A stretch of 64,000 nt of DNA. It comes from an uncultured Alphaproteobacteria bacterium. Its GTDB lineage: Bacteria; Pseudomonadota; Alphaproteobacteria; HIMB59; GCA-002718135. A model generated the notes under the pieces. That model saw nothing but the letters and a program-made list of their open reading frames with translations, was not told where the DNA came from and did no database searches. The number at the start of each line of letters is the position of its first letter. Positions within the stretch are counted from its first letter, which is position 1. The stretch lies in NCBI GenBank assembly GCA_902602845.1, contig CACKSN010000004.1:4363-68362 (forward strand), in the 5' to 3' direction. The position numbers were made by a program, and so were the translations under genes. Shown piece after piece: positions 17,217 through 28,672 of this stretch.

Positions 17217-17845
17217 AATATTTAAAAAAAAAAGTTCTTATTTTTGATGTTGATGGAGTCTTAATTGACTCAAAGAAAAATATGGAGCTATCGTGGAAGC
17301 ATGTACAAGAAGTACACCATCTTAAAAATAAAAAATTTAAAGAGTATTTTCGGAATATAGGCAGACCGTTTTACGACATACTAAAGATTATGAAAATAAA
17401 TAAAAATTTTGAGAAAATAAAAATTTCTTATCAGAAGGAGTCTTTAAAGCAAAAAAAACAAATACAATATTTTAAAGATGTTAAAAATATTTTAAAAAAA
17501 TTAAAAAGTAAGAATTTTATTCTAACTATTTTGACATCAAAAGATATCAAAAGAACAAAAAATTTTCTCAAGAATCAAATTAAGTATTTTTCTTTAATTG
17601 AATGTAATAATGACTCAATAAAAGGAAAGCCACATCCAGACCAAATATTAAAAATAATTTCTAAATTAAAAGTTTCCCAATCTGACTGTGTTTATATTGG
17701 TGATACAAATATTGATTATTTAACTGCTAAAAATTCAAAAATTGATTTTGTATTTGCTGAATGGGGATACGGAAAGAATTATAATTACAAATACAAGTGC
17801 AAAAAAATAAAAGATTTAATCAAATACATTAAAGTTAAATTCTAA
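17213..17845 (+). CDS. HAD-superfamily phosphatase
   Basis: FDVDGVLIDS, LTSK, KPHPD, YIGDTNID. Confidence 0.88.
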   Translation: MKYLKKKVLIFDVDGVLIDSKKNMELSWKHVQEVHHLKNKKFKEYFRNIGRPFYDILKIMKINKNFEKIKISYQKESLKQKKQIQYFKDVKNILKKLKSKNFILTILTSKDIKRTKNFLKNQIKYFSLIECNNDSIKGKPHPDQILKIISKLKVSQSDCVYIGDTNIDYLTAKNSKIDFVFAEWGYGKNYNYKYKCKKIKDLIKYIKVKF

Positions 17846-18431
17846 CTAATTTTATATTAAAACTTATAACTATTCTCTCTTCATTGGAAAGATTTGGGTT
17901 CACTGAGTGATCTAAATAGCTAGGAAATAAAATTAATCCTCCTTCAACTGGATTTACTGAATTTACCATTGCATTCAAAACATTAGTCTTATTTGATTTA
18001 GGGTGAGAAAAAACAGGTGCAGGTCTCGGATCATAAAATACAATTTCACCACATTTTTTAGGAGCTCTTACATAATATGCGGCACTTATATCGTTGTTTC
18101 CATGATGATGTCTTGAATTTGATGCACCACCTATATTTATGATTGCCCACATATTAGTAATTTTAACAGTTTGTTTTTTTATATCCCAATCCATATCATT
18201 TAATACTTCATTAATTTTAGGAGATATAATATTTATGAATTTTTTTACACTTTGATTGTTTAAATCAAAATCTTGAGAATGCCAACCTTTAACATTGCTT
18301 TTACTCAAACCCACCTGATCTTCTTTTTGCAAATTTTTTATATAAAGATATATATCTTCGTTTGTTTCTTTATAATTATTTATTGTTGATATCCAAATAG
18401 GCGTGGAGAAGAAAAGATTAAGTCCAGACAT
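17835..18431 (-). CDS. 2OG-Fe(II) oxygenase (TIGR02466-like)
   Basis: MWAIIN, HHH..DISAAYYV, FYDPR, FPSYLDHSV, RIVISFN. Confidence 0.85.
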   Translation of the reverse strand: MSGLNLFFSTPIWISTINNYKETNEDIYLYIKNLQKEDQVGLSKSNVKGWHSQDFDLNNQSVKKFINIISPKINEVLNDMDWDIKKQTVKITNMWAIINIGGASNSRHHHGNNDISAAYYVRAPKKCGEIVFYDPRPAPVFSHPKSNKTNVLNAMVNSVNPVEGGLILFPSYLDHSVNPNLSNEERIVISFNIKLVRI

Positions 18432-18483
18432 TCTTTTATATTTTTTTATTAAAATATATTTTAAAAAGTTTTAGTAAATATAA

Positions 18484-20121
18484 ATGTTTAAAAAAAACAA
18501 CAATAAATATGAAAACTTGATCAGCCAAGGAATTAAATCGGCGAATAATAAAGATTTTAAGAAATCCAAATCAGTTTTTTTACAAGCGATAGATACTCAG
18601 CCAATTAGATATGAGGCTTATATTAACTTATCAAATATATATATTTTAGAAAATAAAAGTGATAAGTGTATTAAAATTTTAACAAACTATCTTTTAACAA
18701 ATAAATTTAATGAAAATATTGCAAATTATCTTGGGAAAATTTGCTTAAATTACAATAAAAAAGAAGATCTTAAAAAATTATTTCAAATTTCAAATTTAAA
18801 TTTTGATTTTTATGAAAAGGAAAAAAAATATTTATTTTATTTACAAGGAATATATTTTGAACAAAGTAGAGAAATTGAAAAAGCTAAGAAATCATTTTCT
18901 CAATCAATATTTTGTGACTATATTTTTTATAAAAGTTATGAAAAAATTTTTAATCTATTAGAAGAAACTAATGATATAAAAAAATTAAAATTTTTTATTA
19001 AACTTGCAAATAAAAATTTTAAAAATGAGAATCAATTACAAACTATTTCATTTTACAAAGCAGTTGTATTAAATAGAGAAAACAAATTCAAAAAATCAAA
19101 TGATATCTTAAGCAAACTAACTAATCATCCTAACAAGAACTTATATTTTTATCTAAAAATATTAGATTTACAAATCAAAAATAGTGAAAAATTAAATATG
19201 TTTAAAGAAACATTTTCCCTTGTAAAAGTAAGAAATGATATTGTTTATAATTTACCAGAAAATGATATTTATAAAAATAAAAATATAATAAAATCAATTA
19301 AACAATACAAAAAATTTTATATTAAAAAAAATGTTCTTAAAATTCATAAAAACACAAATTCTTCTGACGATAGCAAGCTTGTTTTTTTAATAGGTTTTCC
19401 AAGATCTGGAACAACATTGTTAGACACTATTTTGAGAACACATAGCAATATTGAAGTTTTAGAAGAAGAGCCATATTTGCTAGATTTAAGACATGATTAT
19501 TTTAAAAAAAATGACAATAATCTACTTTCTATTTTAAATATATCTCGTAATGAAAAAGATTATATCAGAAAAGAATATTTTAATAATGCTTTAAGAAATA
19601 TTAAAAATGAAGATAAAATTATTGTTGATAAATTTCCTTTGTCCATAATTGAGTTAGGCTTTATAAATTGTATTTTTCCAAATGCTAAAATAATATCAGC
19701 CTTAAGAAATCCATGTGATGTAGTATTGAGTTGTTTTTTTAGCTCATTTAAAATTAATGAGGCAATGATAAATTTTTTAAAACTTCAAGATACAGTTAAT
19801 TTTTATAATGAAGTTCAAGAACTTTTTGAATTTTATAAAAAAGAGCTAAACCTTAATCTCATAACAATAAAGTATGAGAATTTAGTATTAAATTTTGAAG
19901 AAGAGGTAAAAAGTTTATTAAATTTTTTAGATTTAAAATATGAAAAAAAGCTAGAAGAATTTTATATTACTGCACAGAAAAGAGATAAAATATCAACTCC
20001 AAGTTACGTGCAGGTCATTAAACCACTTTACTCCAGTTCAATTGGACGTTGGAAAAACTATCAAGAATTTAAATATATTGTGAATAATTTAGAAAAATGG
20101 ACTAAACAATTTAATTATTAA
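18484..20121 (+). CDS. TPR-containing sulfotransferase
   Basis: N-terminal TPR-like helices; FLIGFPRSGTTLL, DKFPL, RNPCDVVLSCF, TPSYVQVIKPLY..SIGRW. Confidence 0.88.
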   Translation: MFKKNNNKYENLISQGIKSANNKDFKKSKSVFLQAIDTQPIRYEAYINLSNIYILENKSDKCIKILTNYLLTNKFNENIANYLGKICLNYNKKEDLKKLFQISNLNFDFYEKEKKYLFYLQGIYFEQSREIEKAKKSFSQSIFCDYIFYKSYEKIFNLLEETNDIKKLKFFIKLANKNFKNENQLQTISFYKAVVLNRENKFKKSNDILSKLTNHPNKNLYFYLKILDLQIKNSEKLNMFKETFSLVKVRNDIVYNLPENDIYKNKNIIKSIKQYKKFYIKKNVLKIHKNTNSSDDSKLVFLIGFPRSGTTLLDTILRTHSNIEVLEEEPYLLDLRHDYFKKNDNNLLSILNISRNEKDYIRKEYFNNALRNIKNEDKIIVDKFPLSIIELGFINCIFPNAKIISALRNPCDVVLSCFFSSFKINEAMINFLKLQDTVNFYNEVQELFEFYKKELNLNLITIKYENLVLNFEEEVKSLLNFLDLKYEKKLEEFYITAQKRDKISTPSYVQVIKPLYSSSIGRWKNYQEFKYIVNNLEKWTKQFNY

Positions 20122-20266
20122 TTTTTTTAATATATTTTTTAATTAATTTTACTGTTTCTACAATTTTCAAATGATACTGATCAACATTTTTTCTTCCACT
20201 AATAATTTTTGGATACTTTTTAATTAAATCCCTCATATATTTTGGATTTCTTTCTAATTTTTTCAA
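20111..20266 (-). CDS. Small basic hypothetical protein, 51 aa (not in ORF track)
   Basis: TTG start overlaps the purH stop (TTGA); MKKLERNPKYMRDLIKKYPKIISGRKNVDQYHLKIVETVKLIKKYIKKINN fills the gap exactly. Confidence 0.45.
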   Translation of the reverse strand: MKKLERNPKYMRDLIKKYPKIISGRKNVDQYHLKIVETVKLIKKYIKKINN

Positions 20267-21774
20267 TGTTTGAAAAGCCTATTCTTTAAAAAAAAGAAAG
20301 ATATATTATTTTTTTTTGCATATTCAATATTATCTTTGTCTTTTATCGATCCTGGCGGTTGAGCAACTACGTTACAATTATTTCTTTTTAATACTTTTAA
20401 ACTGTCAGTAAATGGAAAAAAACCATCAGAAACACAAACAAATTTTTTATTATGAAAATTAATTTTATATCTTTTTAGAGCAATATTTATTGAATCAACC
20501 CTATTAGTTTGTCCTATACCAAGTCCTAACGTCTGTTTATTTGCTGCTAAAACTATCGCATTTGATTTGAGGTGTTTAACAACTTTTGATGCAAATATTA
20601 TATCGTCTAATAACTTATTTGATACTTTTTTATGAGCTACTAATTTACAAAATTTTCTATTAATTTTAATTGTATCCCTATTTTGATAGAGAGTTCCAAA
20701 TATGGTTTGTCTTTTTTCTTCTTTATCAATGCTCATTTTAGGTAATTTGATTAAAATTAAATTTTTTTTCTTTGATAATATCTTCAAAGCATCCTTATTG
20801 TAGGCTGGCGCAACTACTGCTTCAAAGAAATTTTTTGAGACTGATTCTGCTAATTTTTTACTTAATAGTTTGTTTACTAAAACAATACCTCCGAATGCAC
20901 TTTTGTTATCACATTCAAGGGCTTTTTTGAATGCTCTTTCTATTTTAGATGACGATGCAACACCACATGGATTATTATGTTTTACAATCAAACATGTTGG
21001 TTCTACGAATTCTGCAATACATTTAACTCCACTGTCAATATCTAGAATATTGTTATAACTAATATTTTTACCGCTTAATTGATTATCAAAGATAGATACT
21101 GATCCATTTTCCAAAATAAATGAATTTTGATTTGGGTTTTCGCCATATCTGAGTTTAAATTTATTAATCTTATTTTTCTTAAGTCCCAACCAACTACTAA
21201 TTAAACTATCATATTTAGATATCTTTAAAAAAGTTTTAGATGCCATTTCTTTCCTAAACTCAATATTAGTATTACCGTTATTAGAGTTTAGATTTTTTAT
21301 TAATCTAGAATAATCATCTTTATTACAAATTGTAGTTACATAGGTAAAATTTTTAGAAGATGCTCTTAGTAAGCTTGGCCCACCAATGTCTATCATTTCA
21401 ATTGCTTCTTTTGGATTTTGTTTGTTAATAAATTTTTCAAATGGGTATAAATTAACGATAACCAAATTTATTTTTGGTGTATTTAATTTTATAAATTCTT
21501 CTTCATGTTTTTTATTATTTCGAATATATAATATAGAACCATAAATTTTTGGATGTAGTGTCTTAACTCTACCATCTAATATTTCTTTCGATTTAGTTAT
21601 CTTAGATATTTCTTCACAATTATAACCTAAAGACCTGATTTTTTTACATGTAGATCCTGTTGAGATAAATTTGTATCTGTGTTTTTGTAAATTTTCACAA
21701 AGATATTTTAAATTTGATTTATCATAAACAGAGATTAACGCGTATTTTGTATTTATATTTTTTCCAAGGACCAT
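20263..21774 (-). CDS. purH: Bifunctional AICAR transformylase/IMP cyclohydrolase
   Basis: ALISVYDK, GRVKTLHP, IDIGGPSL, LRYGENPNQ, KHNNPCGVA, GQTNRVDS, SDGFFPF. Confidence 0.96.
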   Translation of the reverse strand: MVLGKNINTKYALISVYDKSNLKYLCENLQKHRYKFISTGSTCKKIRSLGYNCEEISKITKSKEILDGRVKTLHPKIYGSILYIRNNKKHEEEFIKLNTPKINLVIVNLYPFEKFINKQNPKEAIEMIDIGGPSLLRASSKNFTYVTTICNKDDYSRLIKNLNSNNGNTNIEFRKEMASKTFLKISKYDSLISSWLGLKKNKINKFKLRYGENPNQNSFILENGSVSIFDNQLSGKNISYNNILDIDSGVKCIAEFVEPTCLIVKHNNPCGVASSSKIERAFKKALECDNKSAFGGIVLVNKLLSKKLAESVSKNFFEAVVAPAYNKDALKILSKKKNLILIKLPKMSIDKEEKRQTIFGTLYQNRDTIKINRKFCKLVAHKKVSNKLLDDIIFASKVVKHLKSNAIVLAANKQTLGLGIGQTNRVDSINIALKRYKINFHNKKFVCVSDGFFPFTDSLKVLKRNNCNVVAQPPGSIKDKDNIEYAKKNNISFFFLKNRLFKH

Positions 21775-23282
21775 CTTCTTGTTAGTTTAGTATTCGTTAC
21801 TACTCCTTTTATAACTATTTGTTTTATAGGTATAGTGTAATTATTATCGACTAAAATACTATCCTCCACCATCAATTCCCCATCACATTTAAATAGCCAC
21901 ATGTTGTTTAGATTAGTCTTTAAAATTATATTTCTTTTATTATTTGTAAAATTATAAATGATATCTGGTGATAGATGAAATCTAATATGATAGATTATTC
22001 TATTATTATTATTTTTAAATGATATAATCGAATCTTCTCCATTAATTCTATTTTCACTTTCAAAAACGATTAATTTTCTTTTTATTATTTTACTAAATTT
22101 TTTTTGGTATCCATTATGAGATCCCTCAAATATTATAGTATTTCCAAATGTACTTGAATCAAAGGATACAGATTGAGGAAACTTAATATGTGGATTGTTG
22201 TCTTTAATCTCGCTAATATTTGTATTTTGAAGAATTATTGTAGAATGAGCTGCGCTATATCTGAGGTATTCAGGATTTTTACCAAATCCTTCTGATGCCC
22301 CACAATTAGTAATAATTTTTTCACCAAAACTGCTTAACTCAAAAGCTAATGTGCCAGCACTTAAATTACTAGATATCCTATTTTTATTTGGTTGAACTAC
22401 ATCAAAAAAAATTTTGAAATTTTTATTTGAGTAAAATGCTAAACCATTGTTGTTAGAAAAAGATCTTGATTTAAGGTATTCATCTTTATTTATAGAACTG
22501 TATATAATTTCCTTGTAATTATTATTTGCACCATTAAATAAAGGAATAGATCCATCTAAGTGAAAATATTCATTTAAAATTGAATTCATTTTAAGTAAAT
22601 TACTTTCAATTTCTTTTGAAACGTTATTATTAAAATATAAAAAAATATTTTTTAATTCGTGAATATTATTTAAAAATTTAACATGTTCTAAGATGTTATA
22701 GCTCTTATGCATGCCCAATTTATCGATTTGATTGTCAATTATGTAATTTATAAACTTAAAAGACTTTTGGTTATTTTTTTTTAAAAGGAATATTGTTAAA
22801 AGATAGGCAATTAAATCATATGAAGATAAATCAATTACATTTTTATTTTTAAATTCAAAATTTATTCTATGCATATGATTTATGATTATTCCATTTAATT
22901 TTTTTGTATCATATATTGTTGAAGAAGAATTTATAAATTCATAATTATATAAAATATTTATTAATCTCCTTGAACTGAGATCATCAGACCAGGGGTATCC
23001 AATTTTATTTCTATTTGTATGATACCAATTAAAAATAGTTTGTTTTGATAAATTAATACCAATTTTACCACCAAGATTTTTTGAGAAATTTAAAAAATCA
23101 AAACTCTGTATGTATTTATTATCTAATTCATAGAAATTTTTTTTAAATATAAATGACTTTATCTGTTTATAATTCGTAAAATCTAATCTTTTAAAATTTA
23201 AATCACTAAAAGAAATATTAGTATCAATTTTTATAAATTTAAAAATTATATAAATATAAAAAATTTTTTTTAATATCTTCAT
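21753..23282 (-). CDS. Heparinase II/III-like protein
   Basis: DGSIPLFNG, LAFELS, IITNCG, AAHST, SHNGY, IRFHL; usual alphaproteobacterial rsmB-heparinase-purH synteny. Confidence 0.8.
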   Translation of the reverse strand: MKILKKIFYIYIIFKFIKIDTNISFSDLNFKRLDFTNYKQIKSFIFKKNFYELDNKYIQSFDFLNFSKNLGGKIGINLSKQTIFNWYHTNRNKIGYPWSDDLSSRRLINILYNYEFINSSSTIYDTKKLNGIIINHMHRINFEFKNKNVIDLSSYDLIAYLLTIFLLKKNNQKSFKFINYIIDNQIDKLGMHKSYNILEHVKFLNNIHELKNIFLYFNNNVSKEIESNLLKMNSILNEYFHLDGSIPLFNGANNNYKEIIYSSINKDEYLKSRSFSNNNGLAFYSNKNFKIFFDVVQPNKNRISSNLSAGTLAFELSSFGEKIITNCGASEGFGKNPEYLRYSAAHSTIILQNTNISEIKDNNPHIKFPQSVSFDSSTFGNTIIFEGSHNGYQKKFSKIIKRKLIVFESENRINGEDSIISFKNNNNRIIYHIRFHLSPDIIYNFTNNKRNIILKTNLNNMWLFKCDGELMVEDSILVDNNYTIPIKQIVIKGVVTNTKLTRRWSLEKI

Positions 23283-24547
23283 TTACCTCTCTTTAAATAA
23301 ACAGCAAAATATCCATCAATATTATAACCATTTATGTGTGTCGGTATCGTTAACATGTAACTTTCTTTAATTAGACTAGTATATTCATCATTTTTTGTAT
23401 CTGAGAAAAATTTTCTCACTGAAAAATCTGGATTTTTCTTGAGAAAATAATCAATTTGATCAGTTGTCTCACTTTTAATAAATGAGCAAACCATATAAAG
23501 TATTATACCATCACTATTCAAAATTTTTGATGCATTTTCTAGCATTAATCGTTGTGTATTTATAATATCTTCATAATTTGGTTCTTGTTTTCTAAAAAAT
23601 ATTTCTGGATTTTTTCTAATAGTGCCAACTGACGAACAAGGAGCATCTAGAATTATAAAATCATATTTTTTTAATTTATTTTTCTTATTTAAATTATAGT
23701 TTGTAATTTCGGCTTTATAATTCAATCTATTTAAATTATCTCTTAATATTTTTAATCTTGCTTTATTCTTATCGTTGAGGGTTATTTTTTTATTTTTTGA
23801 TAAAATTTGAAATGATTTTCCACCAGGTGCTGCACATAAATCTATATTAGATTTGCTAAGCAAACTTTTTTCTATATTAATTAATGGAAATGATGACGAA
23901 AAATCTTGAACCCACCACGTACCCCTTTTATATGAGGGTATCAAATTAACCTTTTCTCTTTTTATTAAAAAACCAGATTTATCTGAAGTTTTGTATAATT
24001 TTTCCTCGAATTCAGATAGAAATCTTTTATCTTTAAATACTAAATGTAAATCAGGCTCTTTATAAAAATTATTTATAAAATTAATTTTTTCTTTTTTTGA
24101 TAAATTTTCAGATTTTTTCTGAAACCATTCAGGTAAATCTGTAAATCGTATAGATATTCTTTTATATTTTTCTTTATTATTTGAAATTTTAATGAGAACG
24201 GCGTTTATTAAACCATGATATAGCTTTAATTTCTTTCCTAGTTCCACACTACTATTCACAACAGCATAATCTTTTATATCTAAAAAAAGAATTTGAGTAA
24301 TAGAGCAACATAGTAGTATTTCTTGATGAGTACTTGATTTTTTTTTAAGTAAATTTCTTAATATTTTTTTTGAGTGAAAATAGAACCTCATAGTATTCAG
24401 ACAAATATTGTTTATAAAGGATCTATCCCTTTCATCTAAATCTCCAATTTTGTTTTTTTGATATGTATTGTCTACGGTTTTGTTATGAACGTATATATCA
24501 TATAAAATATTGTGAATTATTAGTCTTAATTTTATACCTTTGTTCAT
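23279..24547 (-). CDS. rsmB: RsmB/NOL1/Sun-family RNA m5C methyltransferase
   Basis: WWVQD, DLCAAPGGK, ILDAPCSSVGTIRKNP, YMVCS, DGYF. Confidence 0.88.
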   Translation of the reverse strand: MNKGIKLRLIIHNILYDIYVHNKTVDNTYQKNKIGDLDERDRSFINNICLNTMRFYFHSKKILRNLLKKKSSTHQEILLCCSITQILFLDIKDYAVVNSSVELGKKLKLYHGLINAVLIKISNNKEKYKRISIRFTDLPEWFQKKSENLSKKEKINFINNFYKEPDLHLVFKDKRFLSEFEEKLYKTSDKSGFLIKREKVNLIPSYKRGTWWVQDFSSSFPLINIEKSLLSKSNIDLCAAPGGKSFQILSKNKKITLNDKNKARLKILRDNLNRLNYKAEITNYNLNKKNKLKKYDFIILDAPCSSVGTIRKNPEIFFRKQEPNYEDIINTQRLMLENASKILNSDGIILYMVCSFIKSETTDQIDYFLKKNPDFSVRKFFSDTKNDEYTSLIKESYMLTIPTHINGYNIDGYFAVYLKRGK

Positions 24548-24615
24548 TGTTATTTTAATCTATCTAATTTTTTTATTTTTAAATATAATATATATAATTT
24601 AAAATACTTACTTTA

Positions 24616-25167
24616 ATGAGAGGAAACTTAGAAACAATAGTTGGTGCAATGTTTGCCGGAAAAACTAGTGAATTACTCAAAAGAATTCTATGGGCCAAAC
24701 ATCAAAATAAAAAAATTATAGTCATTAAACCTAGTATAGATAATAGATATTCAAATGAGAAAATTATAACTCACAATGATTTAAGTCATGATTGTTACCC
24801 CATGGTTAACTGGGATACTGCTTTAAAAAAATTTGAATTTGTTAAAAGTAAGGTTGATGTTCTCTTTTTAGATGAAATTCAGTTCATGGAAACAAAAGAT
24901 ACCTTAAAAAACGTTGATGAAATTTTAAACAAAGGAATAGATGTCGTCTGTGCAGGTTTAGACCAAGATTCTAGAGGCCAGCCCTGGGAAACATCTTCAA
25001 TGCTACTTGGGCTTTCGGATAAAATAGTTAAAATTTATGGCTTTTGTAATGTCTGTGGTATTGAGGCAACAAAAACCTTCAGAAAAACAGAAGGTGGTAA
25101 TAGAACACAAGTAGGTGCTGCAAATATTTATGAACCAAGATGTTTAAAACATTGGCAACCAAGATAA
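24616..25167 (+). CDS. tdk: Thymidine kinase
   Basis: GAMFAGKTSELL, DEIQF, CAGLDQD, CNVCG, YEPRC. Confidence 0.93.
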   Translation: MRGNLETIVGAMFAGKTSELLKRILWAKHQNKKIIVIKPSIDNRYSNEKIITHNDLSHDCYPMVNWDTALKKFEFVKSKVDVLFLDEIQFMETKDTLKNVDEILNKGIDVVCAGLDQDSRGQPWETSSMLLGLSDKIVKIYGFCNVCGIEATKTFRKTEGGNRTQVGAANIYEPRCLKHWQPR

Positions 25168-27090
25168 TTATCTATTTTGTCTATTTTCTATCAATAAGTT
25201 AACAACTGATGGATCTGCAAGAGTACTTGTATCACCTAAGTTTTCAAAATCATTTGATGCAACTTTTCTCAAAATTCTTCTCATAATTTTACCGGACCTA
25301 GTTTTTGGTAGACCAGATGTTATATGGATAAAATCAGGAGTAGCTATCGGGCCAATTTTTTCACGAATTGTCTCTTTTAGTTCTTTTATCAATTCTTCAG
25401 AACTTTCTTCACTAGCATTTAAAGATACATAACAATATAAACCATTTCCTTTTATTTCATGTGGGTAACCTACTACAGCCGCTTCAGCAACTTTAGGATG
25501 CGAGACAAAAGCACTTTCAATTTCTGCTGTACCTAAGTTGTGACCAGAAACAATTATTACATCATCAACTCTACCAGTTATCCAATAATAACCATCTTTA
25601 TCCCTTTTGCATCCATCACCAGTAAAATATTTACCATCAAATTGTGAAAAATAAGTATTTAAAAATCTTTGGTGATCACCATAAACAGTTCTCATTTGTC
25701 CGGGCCATGACATCTTAAGACATAACATGCCCTCACACTCACCTTTAAGCTCTGTTCCATTTTTATCTACAACACAAGGCTCAATTCCAAAAAATGGTTT
25801 TGACGCTGATCCAGGCTTAAGTTCAATCGCACCTGTTTGTGGTGATATTAAAATACCACCTGTTTCTGTTTGCCACCATGTGTCAACAATTGGACAATTT
25901 GATTTACCGGGCACTTCGAAATACCATTTCCATGCCTCAGGATTAATTGGTTCTCCCACAGTGCCTAAAAGCTTTAATGATGATCTATCCGTTTTTTTAA
26001 CAAATTCATCACCCTCTCTCATTAAAGCCCTTATTGCAGTAGGAGCTGTGTAAAATATGTTAACTTGATGTTTATCAACAATTTGCCAAAATCTAGAAAA
26101 ATCTGGATAGTTTGGAACACCTTCAAACATTATAGTTGTTGCTCCATTAGCAAGTGGTCCATAAATAATATAACTATGCCCTGTAATCCAACCTATATCT
26201 GCTGTGCACCAATAAATATCATCACTATTATAATTAAAAATATATTCGTGTGTCATTGATGCATATACTAAATAACCACCAGATGTGTGCATTACACCTT
26301 TAGGTTTTCCTGTAGAGCCAGAAGTATATAATATAAATAAAGGATCTTCAGCATTAACGATCACTGGTTCACAAAAATCATCTACATGATTTATTAAATC
26401 ATCCAAATAAACATCTCTTCCATCAACTATATTGATATTTTTATTTGTTCTTTTAACAATTAAACATTTCTTAACATCTGGGCACGAGGACAGCGCTTTA
26501 TCGGTTGTTTCTTTAAGTGGAATTTTTTTACCACCTCTAACACCTTCATCAGCAGTGACAACATATTCTGAATTACAGTCTTGAATTCTTCCAGAAATAG
26601 AATCTGCGGAAAAACCACCAAAAATTATTGAATGTATTGCCCCTATTCTAGCACAAGCAAGCATAATATATGCAAGCTCTGGAATCATTGTTAAATAAAT
26701 AGTAACCCTATCGCCTTTTTTTACACCTATTTCTTTTAGTGCATTTGCAGCCTTGCAAACATTTTTTAAAAGTTCTGAATATGTAATTTTTATTGTATCA
26801 TTTGGATCATCACCTTCCCATATTATAGCAATTTTATCAGGATGTTTTTTTGCATTTCTATCAATACAATTATAAGATACATTAAGTTCACCATCTTCAT
26901 ACCATTTTATGCTGACATCTTCTTTTGAATATTTTACATTTTTAACTTTTGAGAATTTTTTGCTCCAATTAATTCTTTGAGCATGTTTTCTCCAAAAATT
27001 TTCGTTATCATCAATAGAATCTCTATACATTGATAAATATTCTTTTTGATTAATTTTAGATTGCTTAATCCAACTATCTTTTATTTTCAT
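25168..27090 (-). CDS. acs: Acetyl-CoA synthetase
   Basis: [38 protein letters not shown]. Confidence 0.97.
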   Translation of the reverse strand: MKIKDSWIKQSKINQKEYLSMYRDSIDDNENFWRKHAQRINWSKKFSKVKNVKYSKEDVSIKWYEDGELNVSYNCIDRNAKKHPDKIAIIWEGDDPNDTIKITYSELLKNVCKAANALKEIGVKKGDRVTIYLTMIPELAYIMLACARIGAIHSIIFGGFSADSISGRIQDCNSEYVVTADEGVRGGKKIPLKETTDKALSSCPDVKKCLIVKRTNKNINIVDGRDVYLDDLINHVDDFCEPVIVNAEDPLFILYTSGSTGKPKGVMHTSGGYLVYASMTHEYIFNYNSDDIYWCTADIGWITGHSYIIYGPLANGATTIMFEGVPNYPDFSRFWQIVDKHQVNIFYTAPTAIRALMREGDEFVKKTDRSSLKLLGTVGEPINPEAWKWYFEVPGKSNCPIVDTWWQTETGGILISPQTGAIELKPGSASKPFFGIEPCVVDKNGTELKGECEGMLCLKMSWPGQMRTVYGDHQRFLNTYFSQFDGKYFTGDGCKRDKDGYYWITGRVDDVIIVSGHNLGTAEIESAFVSHPKVAEAAVVGYPHEIKGNGLYCYVSLNASEESSEELIKELKETIREKIGPIATPDFIHITSGLPKTRSGKIMRRILRKVASNDFENLGDTSTLADPSVVNLLIENRQNR

Positions 27091-27172
27091 TTTTTTAGAT
27101 TAATTCTATAATACTTAAATTTCAACTGCTAATTTTAAATAAATATTTAATCATCTGATTATTTCGTTTAAA

Positions 27173-27580
27173 TCAATTTTTTGAAATTTTTATTATCTCA
27201 TCCCATTCTATTTTGTTTAAAGGCATTACAGACAGTCTACTTTGCCTTAATAATGAAATATTTTTTAATTTTTTATTTTTTTTAATTTGCTCAAGAGTAA
27301 CTTTTTTATTTAGTTTTTTTACTGCCTTAACATCTACTGCTACAAATTTTTCTGTTTTATCAGTAGGGTCTGTATAAAATTCTTTTACAATCTCTACAAT
27401 GCCTACCACTGATTTTTCAGTTATAGAGTGATAAAAATAACACAAATCACCAATCTTCATACTCTTCAAGTTATTTCTTGCTTGATAGTTTCTAACACCA
27501 TCCCACATAGATGTGCCTTCTTTAACTTGATTTTCCCAAGACCATGTACTCGGTTCTGATTTTAATAACCAATATTTCAT
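27173..27580 (-). CDS. EVE domain protein
   Basis: YWLLKSEP, WDGVRNYQARN, YFYHS, RQSRLSV. Confidence 0.92.
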   Translation of the reverse strand: MKYWLLKSEPSTWSWENQVKEGTSMWDGVRNYQARNNLKSMKIGDLCYFYHSITEKSVVGIVEIVKEFYTDPTDKTEKFVAVDVKAVKKLNKKVTLEQIKKNKKLKNISLLRQSRLSVMPLNKIEWDEIIKISKN

Positions 27581-27600
27581 TTTATTCTTCTATGTTTCTT

Positions 27601-28611
27601 TTATGATATTTGGTTAATTCTCATTCGTGATTGTGGCTTAAAGAATAAATTATGTTCATTTTTTTTATAATTTCTTAAACAAGCCCAGGCTATCATAGCA
27701 GCATTGTCACTCATCATTTCTTTTATTGGATAAAAAATTCTAACTTTTTTTGAATTAAAATTATTTTCCAAATTTCTTTTGATATATTCATTATTAGCCA
27801 CTCCTCCAACTACTGAAATTGAGTTAATAAAAATATTTTTACCTTCCAACATTTTAATACCATTTTTCAATTTATTTAAAATTATATCTGATATTGTTTT
27901 TTGAAATGATGCTGAAAGATTACTTTTAAAAGATTTGTTCAATTCATTTTTTTTTGTCAATAGACTAATGTGTGTTTTAATCCCAGAAAAGGAAAAATTG
28001 AAATCTTTCTTACTGTTTAATGGTTTAGGTAGTATAAATGTATTCTCATCTCCTTCTTTCGCCATTTTTTCTATCTCTGTCCCACCTGGATAATTTAATC
28101 CTAATAACTTTGCAGTTTTATCAAAAGCCTCTCCAATCGCATCGTCTACACTTTCACCAAGTAAATTAATATCCTTACTATTTTTCATTAAATAAATTTG
28201 TGTATGACCTCCGGTCAAGAGTAAAACGAGCTGTGGATAAATTATATTATTGTTAAAAGAGGTAGATAAAATATGCCCCTCTAAATGATTAATTGGTACG
28301 AAAGGTTTTTTAAAATTAATTGATAATGATTTTGTAAAGGTTGAGCCTACTAACAAACTTCCAATTAATCCAGGGCCACAAGTAGCGCAAAATATGTCAA
28401 TTTTTTCAGGATCAATATTTGGTCTATTGAACAAACTTATTGTCATTTCTTGTAATTTTTCTAAATGAGAGCGAGATGCAAGTTCTGGTACAACCCCCCC
28501 GTGTTTATTATGGATTTCTTGAGAAAAAATAATATGTTCAATAATTTTGTCATTATCCATAAGACACAGTGAAGTTTCGTCACATGATGTTTCACAAGCA
28601 AAAACAAGCAT
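27601..28611 (-). CDS. tsaD: tRNA N6-adenosine threonylcarbamoyltransferase
   Basis: ETSCDET, GGVVPELASRSH, GPGLIGSL, NHLEGH, DDAIGEAFDK, SDNAAMIA; start placed at the ATG at 28611. Confidence 0.95.
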   Translation of the reverse strand: MLVFACETSCDETSLCLMDNDKIIEHIIFSQEIHNKHGGVVPELASRSHLEKLQEMTISLFNRPNIDPEKIDIFCATCGPGLIGSLLVGSTFTKSLSINFKKPFVPINHLEGHILSTSFNNNIIYPQLVLLLTGGHTQIYLMKNSKDINLLGESVDDAIGEAFDKTAKLLGLNYPGGTEIEKMAKEGDENTFILPKPLNSKKDFNFSFSGIKTHISLLTKKNELNKSFKSNLSASFQKTISDIILNKLKNGIKMLEGKNIFINSISVVGGVANNEYIKRNLENNFNSKKVRIFYPIKEMMSDNAAMIAWACLRNYKKNEHNLFFKPQSRMRINQIS

Positions 28612-28672
28612 AATATTTACGTACAATATTTTCTTCTGTGAAACAACAATCTAATAATGCTAAAAAAAGAAA

